From a virus, in the UHGV virus genome UHGV-0210832: a stretch of DNA of 40,024 nt, one strand, 5' to 3'. Of the stretch, positions 16,988-25,319 are shown in pieces. Under the pieces are notes generated by a model. The model was not told the DNA's origin and made no database searches. It saw only the letters and a program-made list of their open reading frames with translations. Position 1 is the stretch's first letter. The number at the start of each line of letters is the position of its first letter. The position numbers were made by a program, and so were the translations under genes.

Positions 16988-17434
16988 ATGAAGCAAATAT
17001 ACATGCTTCGCAACGAAGCAATCAGAAACAATGCCATAGACGCAATACTCTCACTTCCCATCGACGACAAGTCACCTCACGAAGTCCACATTAAAGAACC
17101 AAAGCGGAGCAATCCTCAAAACCGCCTTATGTGGGCGTTATTGCAGGACGTATCACGTCAGGTGCTTTGGCATGGAAAGAGACTTGCGCCGGAGGACTGG
17201 AAAGATCTGTTCACTGCCCTGTGGCTTAAGACCAAAAAACTGGAGCAACGAAGTGCGCCTGGTATCGACGGTGGCGTTGTTATGCTTGGCGTGCGTACCA
17301 GCAAAATGCGAAAGGCCAGCATGACTGAGCTTATCGAAATCATGTTCTGGTTCGGCTCAGAGCGCAACGTGCGGTGGAGTGATGACTCCCGGCGAGAGTA
17401 TGAATGGTCACAACGAAAAGGGAGGGCTGCATGA
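16988..17434 (+). CDS. ninB: NinB (Orf-family recombination mediator)
   Basis: 148 aa; NPQNRLMWALLQDVSRQVLWHGKRL and C-terminal [21 protein letters not shown] resemble lambda NinB as I recall it. Confidence 0.8.
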   Translation: MKQIYMLRNEAIRNNAIDAILSLPIDDKSPHEVHIKEPKRSNPQNRLMWALLQDVSRQVLWHGKRLAPEDWKDLFTALWLKTKKLEQRSAPGIDGGVVMLGVRTSKMRKASMTELIEIMFWFGSERNVRWSDDSRREYEWSQRKGRAA

Positions 17435-17958
17435 CTATCAAATCAAATACGCCAGCACACGACAAGGACTGCTGGCAAACGCTGCTCTGGCTTTTTGATG
17501 CACTGGATATTGAGTTTGGATTCTGGCTGGATTCGGCAGCGAGCGACAAAAATGCTCTGTGCGCTCACTGGCTAACTGAGGCCGACGACGCACTCAATTC
17601 TGAGTGGATAAGCCACGGTGCAATCTGGAATAACCCACCGTACAGCAATATCAGGCCGTGGGTGGAAAAAGCCGCTGAGCAGTGCATACAACAGCGACAG
17701 ACGGTAGTGATGCTTGTGCCAGAGGATATGTCTGTCGGATGGTTCAGCAAGGCTCTGGAGAGCGTTGACGAAGTTCGCATTATCACTGATGGACGGATTA
17801 ATTTTATCGAACCATCGACAGGGCTGGAGAAGAAGGGAAACAGCAAAGGCTCCATGCTGCTGATTTGGAGACCGTTCATCAGTACTCGACGGATGTTTAC
17901 TACTGTATCCAAAGCGGCATTGATGGCGATCGGGCAGGGCGTCAGGAGGGCGGCATGA
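17431..17958 (+). CDS. Phage DNA N6-adenine methyltransferase (Dam-type)
   Basis: Start set at MTIKSNTP (ATG 17431, ATGA overlap with ninB, GGGAGGG RBS). Catalytic-type motif IWNNPPYSN. Confidence 0.7.
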   Translation: MTIKSNTPAHDKDCWQTLLWLFDALDIEFGFWLDSAASDKNALCAHWLTEADDALNSEWISHGAIWNNPPYSNIRPWVEKAAEQCIQQRQTVVMLVPEDMSVGWFSKALESVDEVRIITDGRINFIEPSTGLEKKGNSKGSMLLIWRPFISTRRMFTTVSKAALMAIGQGVRRAA

Positions 17959-18137
17959 GGCGACAGCGACGAAGTATCACCGACATAATCTGCGAAAACT
18001 GCAAATACCTTCCAACGAAACGCTCCAGAAATAAACGCAAGCCAATCCCAAAAGAATCTGACGTAAAAACCTTCAATTACACGGCTCACCTGTGGGATAT
18101 CCGGTGGCTAAGACATCGTGCGAGGAAAACAAGGTGA
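17955..18137 (+). CDS. ninE: NinE
   Basis: 60 aa [30 protein letters not shown]... matches my recollection of lambda NinE; GGAGGG RBS; ATGA overlap with the upstream stop. Confidence 0.75.
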   Translation: MRRQRRSITDIICENCKYLPTKRSRNKRKPIPKESDVKTFNYTAHLWDIRWLRHRARKTR

Positions 18138-18304
18138 TTGACCCAAATCGAAGTTACGAACAAGAAAGCGTCGAGCGGGCTTTAACGTGCGCTAACTGCG
18201 GTCAAAAGCTGCATGTGCTGGAAGTTCACGTGTGCTCCGATTGCTGCGCAGAACTGATGAGCGATCCGAATAGCTCAATGTACGAGGAAGAAGACGATGA
18301 ATGA
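18134..18304 (+). CDS. ninF: NinF
   Basis: GTG start; [48 protein letters not shown] resembles lambda NinF (from memory). Confidence 0.65.
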   Translation: MIDPNRSYEQESVERALTCANCGQKLHVLEVHVCSDCCAELMSDPNSSMYEEEDDE

Positions 18305-19019
18305 GTTAATAAATGGCAATGCCATCAAAATGACAAGCATTGAAATCGCTGAGTTGGTGGGAAGTCGTCCAGATAACGTAAAAATATCAATAGAGCGCCT
18401 GGCTAAATCTGGAGTTATTCAACTTCCTGCATTGCAGGTTTTCGAAAAAATCAATAACTTAGGACTGCGCCGTAGTGTCGAGGCTTACGTCTTCGAAGGC
18501 GAACAAGGTAAGCGCGACAGCATTATTGTCGTTGCCCAGTTGTCGCCGGAATTCACCGCTCGTCTTGTTGACCGTTGGCGAGAGCTTGAAGAAACTGCGG
18601 TTAATATCCCCAAAACACTACCAGAAGCGTTGCGCCTTGCTGCTGATCTTGCTGAGCAGAAAATGCAACTGGAAAACCAGCTCGCAATTGCCGCACCTAA
18701 AGTTGAGTTTGCCGATCGAGTTGGCGAGGCCAGCGGAATTTTGATTGGAAACTTTGCAAAGGTTGTTGGTATTGGTCCAAACAAACTGTTTGCGTGGATG
18801 CGCGATCACAAAATCCTTATTGCTTCAGGTTCCCGGCGCAATGTGCCAATGCAGGAATATATGGATCGCGGCTATTTCACAGTGAAAGAAACAGCGGTCA
18901 ACACAAATCACGGAATACAGATATCGTTCACCACAAAAATCACCGGGCGTGGCCAACAGTGGCTGACCAGAAAGCTGCTCGATAACGGAATGCTGAAAGT
19001 AACAGGAGAGGCTGCTTAA
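18297..19019 (+). CDS. Rha-family phage regulatory protein / KilAC-type antirepressor-like
   Basis: 240 aa; N-terminal MTSIEIAELVGSRPDNVKISIERL is Rha-like and the C-terminal half resembles KilAC/antirepressor domains (from memory). Confidence 0.55.
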   Translation: MNELINGNAIKMTSIEIAELVGSRPDNVKISIERLAKSGVIQLPALQVFEKINNLGLRRSVEAYVFEGEQGKRDSIIVVAQLSPEFTARLVDRWRELEETAVNIPKTLPEALRLAADLAEQKMQLENQLAIAAPKVEFADRVGEASGILIGNFAKVVGIGPNKLFAWMRDHKILIASGSRRNVPMQEYMDRGYFTVKETAVNTNHGIQISFTTKITGRGQQWLTRKLLDNGMLKVTGEAA

Positions 19020-19309
19020 TGGTTAACCTACGCAAAGAAGCGCGCGGCAGAGAATGCCAGGTACGTATTTACGGCGTATGCAATGGTAATCCTGAAACTA
19101 CAGTTCTGGCACATTACCGGATGGCTGGAATTTGCGGAACTGGAATGAAGCCTGACGACCTGATCGGTGCATGGGCTTGTAGTTCGTGTCACGATGAAAT
19201 CGACCGACGCACCCATAATCTCGACAACAAAGACGCCAGACTTTACCACCTCGAAGGCGTGATCAGGACGCAGGCGATACTGCTGAAGGAGGGGAAGATT
19301 AAGCCATGA
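19019..19309 (+). CDS. Nin-region Cys-rich protein (DUF1364 / NinX-like)
   Basis: 96 aa with CxxC...CxxC spacing (CQVRIYGVC ... CSSCHDEIDRR); nin-region position. Confidence 0.5.
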   Translation: MVNLRKEARGRECQVRIYGVCNGNPETTVLAHYRMAGICGTGMKPDDLIGAWACSSCHDEIDRRTHNLDNKDARLYHLEGVIRTQAILLKEGKIKP

Positions 19310-19668
19310 ACGAATATCAGTTTGTGCTTCCATACCCGCCGTCGGTGAACACCTACTGGCGAAGACGGGGAAGCCAATACTACATCAGCGATAAAGGCCA
19401 GAAATACCGAAAAGACGTTCAGCAAATCATCCGCCAACTCAAGTTAGATATTTTCACCAAATCACGACTCCGTATCAAAGTCATCGCAGACGTTCCAGAC
19501 TCCCGCCGCCGCGACCTCGACAACATCCTGAAAGGTTTACTCGACTCCCTTATCCACGCCGGATTTGCGGAAGACGACGAGCAATTCGATGACATTCGCG
19601 TAATTCGTGGTGTGAAAGTACCAGGCGGAAGGCTTGGAATAAAAATCACCGAACTGGAGAACGTATGA
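19306..19668 (+). CDS. rusA: RusA-type Holliday junction resolvase
   Basis: 120 aa; LPYPPSVNTYWRRRG and the DLDNILKGLLDSL acidic catalytic region typical of RusA. Confidence 0.8.
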   Translation: MNEYQFVLPYPPSVNTYWRRRGSQYYISDKGQKYRKDVQQIIRQLKLDIFTKSRLRIKVIADVPDSRRRDLDNILKGLLDSLIHAGFAEDDEQFDDIRVIRGVKVPGGRLGIKITELENV

Positions 19669-19853
19669 ACGCCACAATTCAAACGATACCAGAGCTTCTT
19701 ATCCAGACACGAGGCAATCAGACCGAAGTGGCAAGGATGCTTTCCTGCGCAAGAGGAACAGTGCTCAAGTACAACCGAGACAGCAAAGGCGAGCGTCACG
19801 TAATAGTTAACGGCGTCCTGATGGTCACGCCAGGCAAAAAGGGAAGACGATGA
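19665..19853 (+). CDS. ninH: NinH
   Basis: 62 aa MNATIQTIPELLIQTRGNQTEVARMLSCARGTVLKYNRD, a NinH-like HTH small protein (from memory). Confidence 0.65.
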   Translation: MNATIQTIPELLIQTRGNQTEVARMLSCARGTVLKYNRDSKGERHVIVNGVLMVTPGKKGRR

Positions 19854-20368
19854 GTATAAGAGAGCTAAACCTCACCAAAGAACAGCACGAGTGGCTGAAT
19901 GGCTGGCTTGAACTGTGGGGCGCATGGGTTTATTCAGGTCGTCTTGAAAAGCGCATGAGCAGCGTAATAGCGAAGTTCATGGAGAGCGTAGAGCCGGGAA
20001 GAGTTATGACAAGGCCAATGTGCAATGATGATGATGGAATGTTGATTTCTCAGGTCGTCGATTCCGTCATGTACATTGACAAGAAAGCCTTTGGCATCCT
20101 CCTCAGCTACTACGCTCATGGTTCATCTAAGAGAGCAATTGCATCCTACTATCACGCGACTGCAAAGCCACGCAAGATGTGTGGACGCGGTGGCGAGGGA
20201 TGGAGAAAACCTTCACTGGCAACCTGTAGAAACGAAATTGACGATATCCTGAAAGCGTCATTATTTGTTTTGTACCAACCAATGCAAAATGCTTTCAAAA
20301 TGCGTAAACGTGTTGAGAAAGTTAAGCATGTTGCTGTTAAAAACCTTGACATGCAATTAGCCATTTAG
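19850..20368 (+). CDS. Q: Late-gene antiterminator Q-like
   Basis: 172 aa; last gene before the late promoter and lysis cassette. Sequence-level recognition is weak; the call is mainly positional. Confidence 0.55.
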   Translation: MSIRELNLTKEQHEWLNGWLELWGAWVYSGRLEKRMSSVIAKFMESVEPGRVMTRPMCNDDDGMLISQVVDSVMYIDKKAFGILLSYYAHGSSKRAIASYYHATAKPRKMCGRGGEGWRKPSLATCRNEIDDILKASLFVLYQPMQNAFKMRKRVEKVKHVAVKNLDMQLAI

Positions 20369-20375
20369 CCATAAT
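20346..20375 (+). promoter_or_regulatory. Candidate late promoter pR'
   Basis: TTGACA (20346-20351), 18-nt spacer, CATAAT (20370-20375), straddling the Q stop codon. Confidence 0.45.
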
Positions 20376-20385
20376 TAGAGGGTAA

Positions 20386-20430
20386 GCTGCCGTTAGTGAC
20401 TCTTAAGTTGCAACGGTGGCTTTTTTATTT
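20386..20430 (+). terminator. Hairpin plus T-run just downstream of the candidate pR' (tR'-like or Q-dependent pause/termination signal)
   Basis: GCTGCCGTT ... AACGGTGGC imperfect stem (contains palindrome GTTGCAAC) followed by TTTTTTATTT, ending immediately before the tRNA-Asn 5' end. Confidence 0.4.
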
Positions 20431-20505
20431 GGGTCAGTCGTATAAAGGTCATTACGGAAGGCTGTTAACCTTCTTATCGTGGTTCGAGTCCACGCTGTCC
20501 CGCCA
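20431..20505 (+). tRNA. tRNA-Asn (anticodon GUU), 75 nt with encoded CCA
   Basis: Hand-folded cloverleaf: 7-bp acceptor stem (one mismatch), anticodon stem GAAGG/CCTTC with loop CTGTTAA (U33, A37), T-arm CGTGG-TTCGAGT-CCACG, discriminator G, CCA. Confidence 0.55.
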
Positions 20506-20510
20506 AATAT

Positions 20511-20586
20511 GCTGGTTTAGCTCTAATGGTAGAGCAGTCGCCTTGTAAGCGAATGGGTAGCGGTTCAAGTCCGTTAACCAGCACCA
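20511..20586 (+). tRNA. tRNA-Thr (anticodon UGU), 76 nt with encoded CCA
   Basis: Hand-folded: perfect 7-bp acceptor stem GCTGGTT/AACCAGC, D-arm GCTC-TAATGGTA-GAGC, anticodon loop CTTGTAA, T-loop TTCAAGT, discriminator A, CCA. Confidence 0.55.
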
Positions 20587-20828
20587 TAACTGAGCCGTAG
20601 CCACTGGCTATCCTGAATTCATCAGTGATAGTTATGCTGCGGCCTTCTAAACATGACCTTCGTGAAAGCGGGTGGCAAGAGGCTGCGCTAACAACCTCAT
20701 GCCGTTTTGCTCGTGCATATCGGTCACGAACAAATCTGTTTACTAAACACAGTAGCCTGGATTTGTTCTATCAGTAATCGACCTTATTCCTAATTAAATA
20801 GAGCAAATCCCCTTATTGGGGGTAAGAC

Positions 20829-21152
20829 ATGAAGATGCCAGAAAAACATGACCTGTTAGCCGCCATTCTCGCGGCAAAGGAACAAGGCATCGGGGCAATC
20901 CTTGCGTTTGCAATGGCGTACCTTCGCGGCAGATATAATGGCGGTGCGTTTACAAAAACAGTAATCGACGCAACGATGTGCGCCATTATCGCCTGGTTCA
21001 TTCGTGACCTTCTCGACTTCGCCGGATTAAGTAGCAATCTCGCTTATATAACGAGCGTGTTCATCGGCTACATCGGTACTGACTCGATTGGTTCGCTTAT
21101 CAAACGCTTCGCTGCTAAAAAAGCCGGAGTAGAAGATGGTGGAAATCAATAA
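20829..21152 (+). CDS. S: Class I holin (lambda S-like; dual-start MKM motif)
   Basis: 107 aa [39 protein letters not shown]... appears nearly identical to lambda S as I recall it. Confidence 0.9.
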   Translation: MKMPEKHDLLAAILAAKEQGIGAILAFAMAYLRGRYNGGAFTKTVIDATMCAIIAWFIRDLLDFAGLSSNLAYITSVFIGYIGTDSIGSLIKRFAAKKAGVEDGGNQ

Positions 21153-21612
21153 TCAACGTAAGGCGTTCCTCGATATGCTGGCGTGGTCAGAGGGAACTGA
21201 TAACGGACGTCAGAAAACCAGAAATCATGGTTATGACGTCATTGTTGGCGGAGAGCTATTCACTGATTACTCAGATCACCCTCGCAAACTTGTCACGCTA
21301 AACCCCAAACTCAAATCAACAGCAGCCGGACGTTACCAGCTTCTTTCCCGTTGGTGGGATGCCTACCGCAAGCAACTTGGCCTGAAAGATTTTTCGCCAG
21401 AAAGCCAGGACGCTGTAGCGCTGCAGCAGATTAAAGAGCGTGGCGCTTTGCCGATGATTGATCGCGGTGATATCCGTCAGGCTATCGACCGTTGCAGCAA
21501 TATCTGGGCTTCACTGCCGGGCGCTGGTTATGGTCAGTTCGAGCATAAAGTTGACAGCCTGATTGCAAAATTCAAAGAAGCTGGCGGAACGGTCAGAGAG
21601 ATTGAGGTATGA
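21136..21612 (+). CDS. R: Endolysin (lambda R-like lytic transglycosylase)
   Basis: 158 aa [39 protein letters not shown]... matches lambda R as I recall it. Confidence 0.9.
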   Translation: MVEINNQRKAFLDMLAWSEGTDNGRQKTRNHGYDVIVGGELFTDYSDHPRKLVTLNPKLKSTAAGRYQLLSRWWDAYRKQLGLKDFSPESQDAVALQQIKERGALPMIDRGDIRQAIDRCSNIWASLPGAGYGQFEHKVDSLIAKFKEAGGTVREIEV

Positions 21613-22046
21613 GCAGAGTAACTGCGATTATCTCCGCTCTGGTTATCTGCATCATCGTCTGCCTGTCATGGGCTGTTAATCATTACCGTGATAACGCCAT
21701 CGCCTACAAAGAGCAGCGCGATAAAGCCACATCCACAATCGCTGACATGCAGAAGCGTCAACGTGATGTAGCAGAACTTGACGCCAGATACACAAAGGAG
21801 CTTGCTGATGCTAACGCGACTATCGAAAGTCTCCGTGCTGATGTTTCTGCTGGTCGTAAGCGCCTGCAAGTCGCCGCCACCTGTGCAAAGTCAACGACCG
21901 GAGCCAGCAGCATGGGCGATGGAGAAAGCCCAAGACTTACAGCAGATGCTGAACTCAATTATTACCGTCTCCGAAGTGGAATCGACAAGATAACCGCGCA
22001 GGTTAACTATCTGCAGGAATACATCAGGACGCAATGCCTGAAATAA
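21609..22046 (+). CDS. Rz: Rz i-spanin
   Basis: 145 aa; N-terminal TM anchor ([14 protein letters not shown]) and coiled-coil periplasmic domain; directly follows R. Confidence 0.85.
   Translation: MSRVTAIISALVICIIVCLSWAVNHYRDNAIAYKEQRDKATSTIADMQKRQRDVAELDARYTKELADANATIESLRADVSAGRKRLQVAATCAKSTTGASSMGDGESPRLTADAELNYYRLRSGIDKITAQVNYLQEYIRTQCLK
21808..21993 (+). CDS. Rz1: Rz1 o-spanin lipoprotein, embedded in Rz in the +1 frame
   Basis: [20 protein letters not shown] with lipobox VSAC followed by a Pro-rich stretch ([13 protein letters not shown]); entirely inside Rz. Confidence 0.7.
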   Translation: MLTRLSKVSVLMFLLVVSACKSPPPVQSQRPEPAAWAMEKAQDLQQMLNSIITVSEVESTR

Positions 22047-22078
22047 TTTTTTTGCAAATCACAAAGTCCATTTAATGA

Positions 22079-22101
22079 GCCTCGCGATGCGGGGCTTTTT
22101 T
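22079..22101 (+). terminator. Candidate intrinsic terminator after the lysis cassette
   Basis: GCCTCGC-GATGC-GGGGC hairpin (6 bp including a G-U pair) followed by TTTTTT, 33 nt after the Rz stop. Confidence 0.45.
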
Positions 22102-22248
22102 ATGTCCGCAGTAAACGCGCTTCACACGCGCGACTTCTGAACACAGAACCTTTCAGGATGACCCTTGAGGATGCCGGTTTGGTGATCGGTGCCTTTCTGT
22201 GGGCCGGAATCCTGTGTGACAAGGTTCATCACTAAAAGGTAATCACTG

Positions 22249-22779
22249 ATGAAGTACCCAACAGTTATTGTCAATGGTGTGTCCGTTCGTGTTGATGAGG
22301 ATGGACGCTACAACTTAAACGATCTCCATGCAGCAGCAGTTGCAAATGGAGAGGCTACAGAGCAACAGCGCCCAAGCCAGTTTTTGCGTAGCGCGCAGAT
22401 AAAACGCTTCATAAAAGCACTGGAGGCCAAAGTGCAAAAAAGCACTTTGGAACAAATTCAACCACTTAAAATAATCAAAGGTGGTGCAGAACCAGGTGTG
22501 TGGGGTGTTGAACTTCTGGCAATCAGATATGCAGCATGGATTAAGCCGGAATTTGAAATCGAAGTTTATGAAGTTTTCAAAACGGTTGTCCGTCTCGGCG
22601 TTGGCGCAATGTCCCGTCTGAATAGAATCGATCACATCATCAATACTGAAACCAAAGCGATAAGCCAGTGCGCAAGCCAAATGGCTAAGTGGGGCGTTGG
22701 TGGGCGAAAAAGATTGCTTCATGTTGCACGTCAGAGAGCGGCAAATGAAGTGCAAATGTATTTGCCCGGAATGGTGTGA
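22249..22779 (+). CDS. KilA-N domain protein
   Basis: 176 aa; N-terminal VRVDEDGRYNLNDLHAAAVANG fits the KilA-N pattern (DG-Y-N-L--L-KA-G) as I recall it; between lysis and packaging genes. Confidence 0.45.
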   Translation: MKYPTVIVNGVSVRVDEDGRYNLNDLHAAAVANGEATEQQRPSQFLRSAQIKRFIKALEAKVQKSTLEQIQPLKIIKGGAEPGVWGVELLAIRYAAWIKPEFEIEVYEVFKTVVRLGVGAMSRLNRIDHIINTETKAISQCASQMAKWGVGGRKRLLHVARQRAANEVQMYLPGMV

Positions 22780-23036
22780 TTCTGCTGGTTAATCCAGTTC
22801 TTGCATTACGGCAGTACAGCGACACAACCCAAGCCAGAAAGTGGGGAAATAACACTGGCAGCCACTGAAAGATGAACCTCCAGCCTTATGGCAAAAAAAG
22901 ATTCTTTGTGGTGGCGGACTGATGGAAAGACATCGGTTATTGCAGAGGCCATTCAATGAGTGGTCTCGACAATGGCTTATACCCTACACGGGATAACTTA
23001 ACTGATATCCCTTTTAACGGATAAACGGAGCCAACA

Positions 23037-23279
23037 ATGGCAGAGATTATTCCCATGACTGAAGAACAGAAATTCAAGTTAGAAATTTACCGACTGCTAT
23101 CTAAGAACAATTCAGCGGCAGAGGAAGCGTTTGCATTCATTGGGGCTGACCAGCTGAAACTGGAATTGTTCAAGTTGCACTACAACGATGGCGGTGCAAA
23201 TCCAGACTTCACATCTCGCACTATCGAAGCGGTGCGTAAATCGAAGGAAGCGTTAGACCTGTTCACTACCGGAGCATGA
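23037..23279 (+). CDS. Hypothetical protein (80 aa)
   Basis: ORF with AACGGAG RBS upstream; no recognised motif. Confidence 0.45.
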   Translation: MAEIIPMTEEQKFKLEIYRLLSKNNSAAEEAFAFIGADQLKLELFKLHYNDGGANPDFTSRTIEAVRKSKEALDLFTTGA

Positions 23280-23280
23280 T

Positions 23281-23460
23281 GTGAGCCGCGTAATCAATTT
23301 GGGTAAGGAGAAGAAATTCCCAATTACTCAAGAGCTATACGAGCGGCTTGAAAGCGTCATCCATGATTACGATGGTGAAATCAGTTTATGCGAGGCGATT
23401 GGCACACTCGAATTGCTGAAGCAGTCACTGATTGAAGGCGCGAAAGAGTCCTCAGCCTGA
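23281..23460 (+). CDS. Hypothetical small protein (59 aa, GTG start)
   Basis: Not in the track; manual translation VSRVINLGKEKKFPITQELYERLESVIHDYDGEISLCEAIGTLELLKQSLIEGAKESSA; GGAG 7 nt upstream; fills the gap before terS. Confidence 0.3.
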   Translation: MSRVINLGKEKKFPITQELYERLESVIHDYDGEISLCEAIGTLELLKQSLIEGAKESSA

Positions 23461-23477
23461 AATGACAATTAAGTGAG

Positions 23478-23906
23478 ATGAATATGGCGACTGAACCAAA
23501 AGCTGGTCGCCCCTCTGATTATATGCCGGAGGTGGCTGACGATATCTGCTCGTTGCTTTCTTCTGGCGAAAGTTTGCTGAAAGTATGTAAGCGTCCTGGT
23601 ATGCCGGATAAGTCCACTGTTTTCCGCTGGTTGGCAAAGCATGAGGATTTTCGCGACAAGTACGCGAAGGCAACTGAGGCACGAGCTGATTCTATTTTCG
23701 AAGAGATATTCGAAATTGCTGACAATGCGATTCCAGATGCTGCTGAGGTGGCAAAGGCAAGGCTTCGCGTTGATACCCGCAAATGGGCGCTGGCCCGAAT
23801 GAATCCCCGTAAGTATGGCGACAAGGTAACTAACGAGCTTGTCGGTAAGGACGGCGGCGCAATTCAGATTGAAACATCACCGATGAGCACTCTATTCGGA
23901 AAATGA
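23478..23906 (+). CDS. terS: Terminase small subunit (Sf6 gp1-like)
   Basis: MATEPKAGRPSDYMPEVADDICSLLSSGESLLKVCKRPGMPDKSTVFRWL... matches my recollection of Sf6 TerS. The true start may be the ATG at 23484 (MATEP) rather than 23478. Confidence 0.85.
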   Translation: MNMATEPKAGRPSDYMPEVADDICSLLSSGESLLKVCKRPGMPDKSTVFRWLAKHEDFRDKYAKATEARADSIFEEIFEIADNAIPDAAEVAKARLRVDTRKWALARMNPRKYGDKVTNELVGKDGGAIQIETSPMSTLFGK

Positions 23907-25318
23907 CCTCGATTAATCCTATCTTTGAACCGTTCATTGAGGCGCATCGCTACAAAGTCGCCAAAGGCGGTAGAGGTAGCGGTAAATCATGGGCAATTGC
24001 GAGACTGCTTGTTGAAGCGGCGCGTCGGCAGCCTGTGCGTATTCTCTGCGCTCGTGAACTGCAAAACAGTATCAGCGATTCGGTAATCCGGTTGCTTGAA
24101 GATACCATCGAGCGTGAAGGGTATTCGGCTGAGTTTGAAATTCAGCGTTCCATGATTCGTCATCTCGGAACGAATGCTGAATTCATGTTCTACGGCATCA
24201 AAAACAACCCGACGAAGATTAAATCGCTCGAAGGTATTGATATCTGCTGGGTGGAAGAAGCGGAAGCGGTAACGAAGGAATCATGGGATATCCTGATACC
24301 AACCATCCGTAAGCCGTTCTCTGAAATATGGGTGAGCTTTAACCCGAAGAACATACTCGACGATACCTATCAGCGATTCGTTGTAAATCCTCCCGATGAT
24401 ATTTGTCTGCTGACAGTGAACTACACCGACAATCCGCACTTTCCTGAAGTTCTCCGTCTGGAGATGGAAGAGTGCAAACGCAGAAATCCGACACTGTATC
24501 GTCACATCTGGCTTGGTGAGCCAGTAAGCGCAAGTGATATGGCAATCATCAAACGTGAATGGCTTGAAGCCGCAACCGATGCGCACAAGAAACTCGGATG
24601 GAAAGCGAAAGGCGCTGTTGTCTCTGCGCATGACCCATCAGATACAGGGCCAGATGCTAAAGGTTATGCATCGCGTCACGGTTCGGTAGTTAAGCGCATT
24701 GCCGAAGGTCTGCTGATGGACATCAACGAGGGTGCTGACTGGGCTACTTCGCTGGCGATTGAAGACGGCGCTGACCATTACCTGTGGGATGGTGATGGCG
24801 TCGGTGCGGGCCTACGCAGACAGACAACGGAAGCGTTCTCCGGCAAGAAAATCACCGCCACGATGTTCAAGGGCAGCGAATCGCCATTCGATGAAGATGC
24901 GCCGTATCAGGCCGGAGCATGGGCTGATGAAGTCGTACAGGGTGACAACGTTCGCACTATTGGTGATGTGTTCCGCAATAAGCGAGCACAATTCTATTAC
25001 GCGCTGGCTGACAGGCTGTATCTGACATATCGGGCGGTTGTTCACGGTGAGTATGCAGACCCAGACGACATGCTGAGTTTCGACAAAGAAGCGATAGGCG
25101 AGAAGATGCTGGAGAAGCTGTTTGCAGAACTGACGCAGATTCAGCGCAAATTCAATAATAACGGGAAGCTGGAGCTTATGACTAAGGTCGAAATGAAGCA
25201 GAAGCTCGGTATTCCATCTCCTAACCTGGCTGATGCGCTGATGATGTGTATGCATTGCCCAGAGTCGGCTGCGCAACCCGACTATTCCAGTTACTCAATT
25301 CCTTGTGGTGTAGGTTGA
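23903..25318 (+). CDS. terL: Terminase large subunit
   Basis: 471 aa; Walker A-like KVAKGGRGSGKSWA near the N-terminus; acidic nuclease-type C-terminal region; follows terS with ATGA overlap. Confidence 0.9.
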   Translation: MTSINPIFEPFIEAHRYKVAKGGRGSGKSWAIARLLVEAARRQPVRILCARELQNSISDSVIRLLEDTIEREGYSAEFEIQRSMIRHLGTNAEFMFYGIKNNPTKIKSLEGIDICWVEEAEAVTKESWDILIPTIRKPFSEIWVSFNPKNILDDTYQRFVVNPPDDICLLTVNYTDNPHFPEVLRLEMEECKRRNPTLYRHIWLGEPVSASDMAIIKREWLEAATDAHKKLGWKAKGAVVSAHDPSDTGPDAKGYASRHGSVVKRIAEGLLMDINEGADWATSLAIEDGADHYLWDGDGVGAGLRRQTTEAFSGKKITATMFKGSESPFDEDAPYQAGAWADEVVQGDNVRTIGDVFRNKRAQFYYALADRLYLTYRAVVHGEYADPDDMLSFDKEAIGEKMLEKLFAELTQIQRKFNNNGKLELMTKVEMKQKLGIPSPNLADALMMCMHCPESAAQPDYSSYSIPCGVG

Positions 25319-25319
25319 T

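Noticed and set aside
15783-17070. Antisense ORFs within the helicase and downstream genes (15783-16139, 16578-17021, 16783-17070)
   Set aside because: Shadow ORFs opposite strongly supported genes; low-complexity Ser/Pro/Arg-rich translations.
20587-20828. Possible third tRNA or small RNA between tRNA-Thr and the holin
   Set aside because: No T-arm (GGTTCGAnTCC-like) or cloverleaf could be built by hand; the apparent dyad tagccactggcta has no loop.
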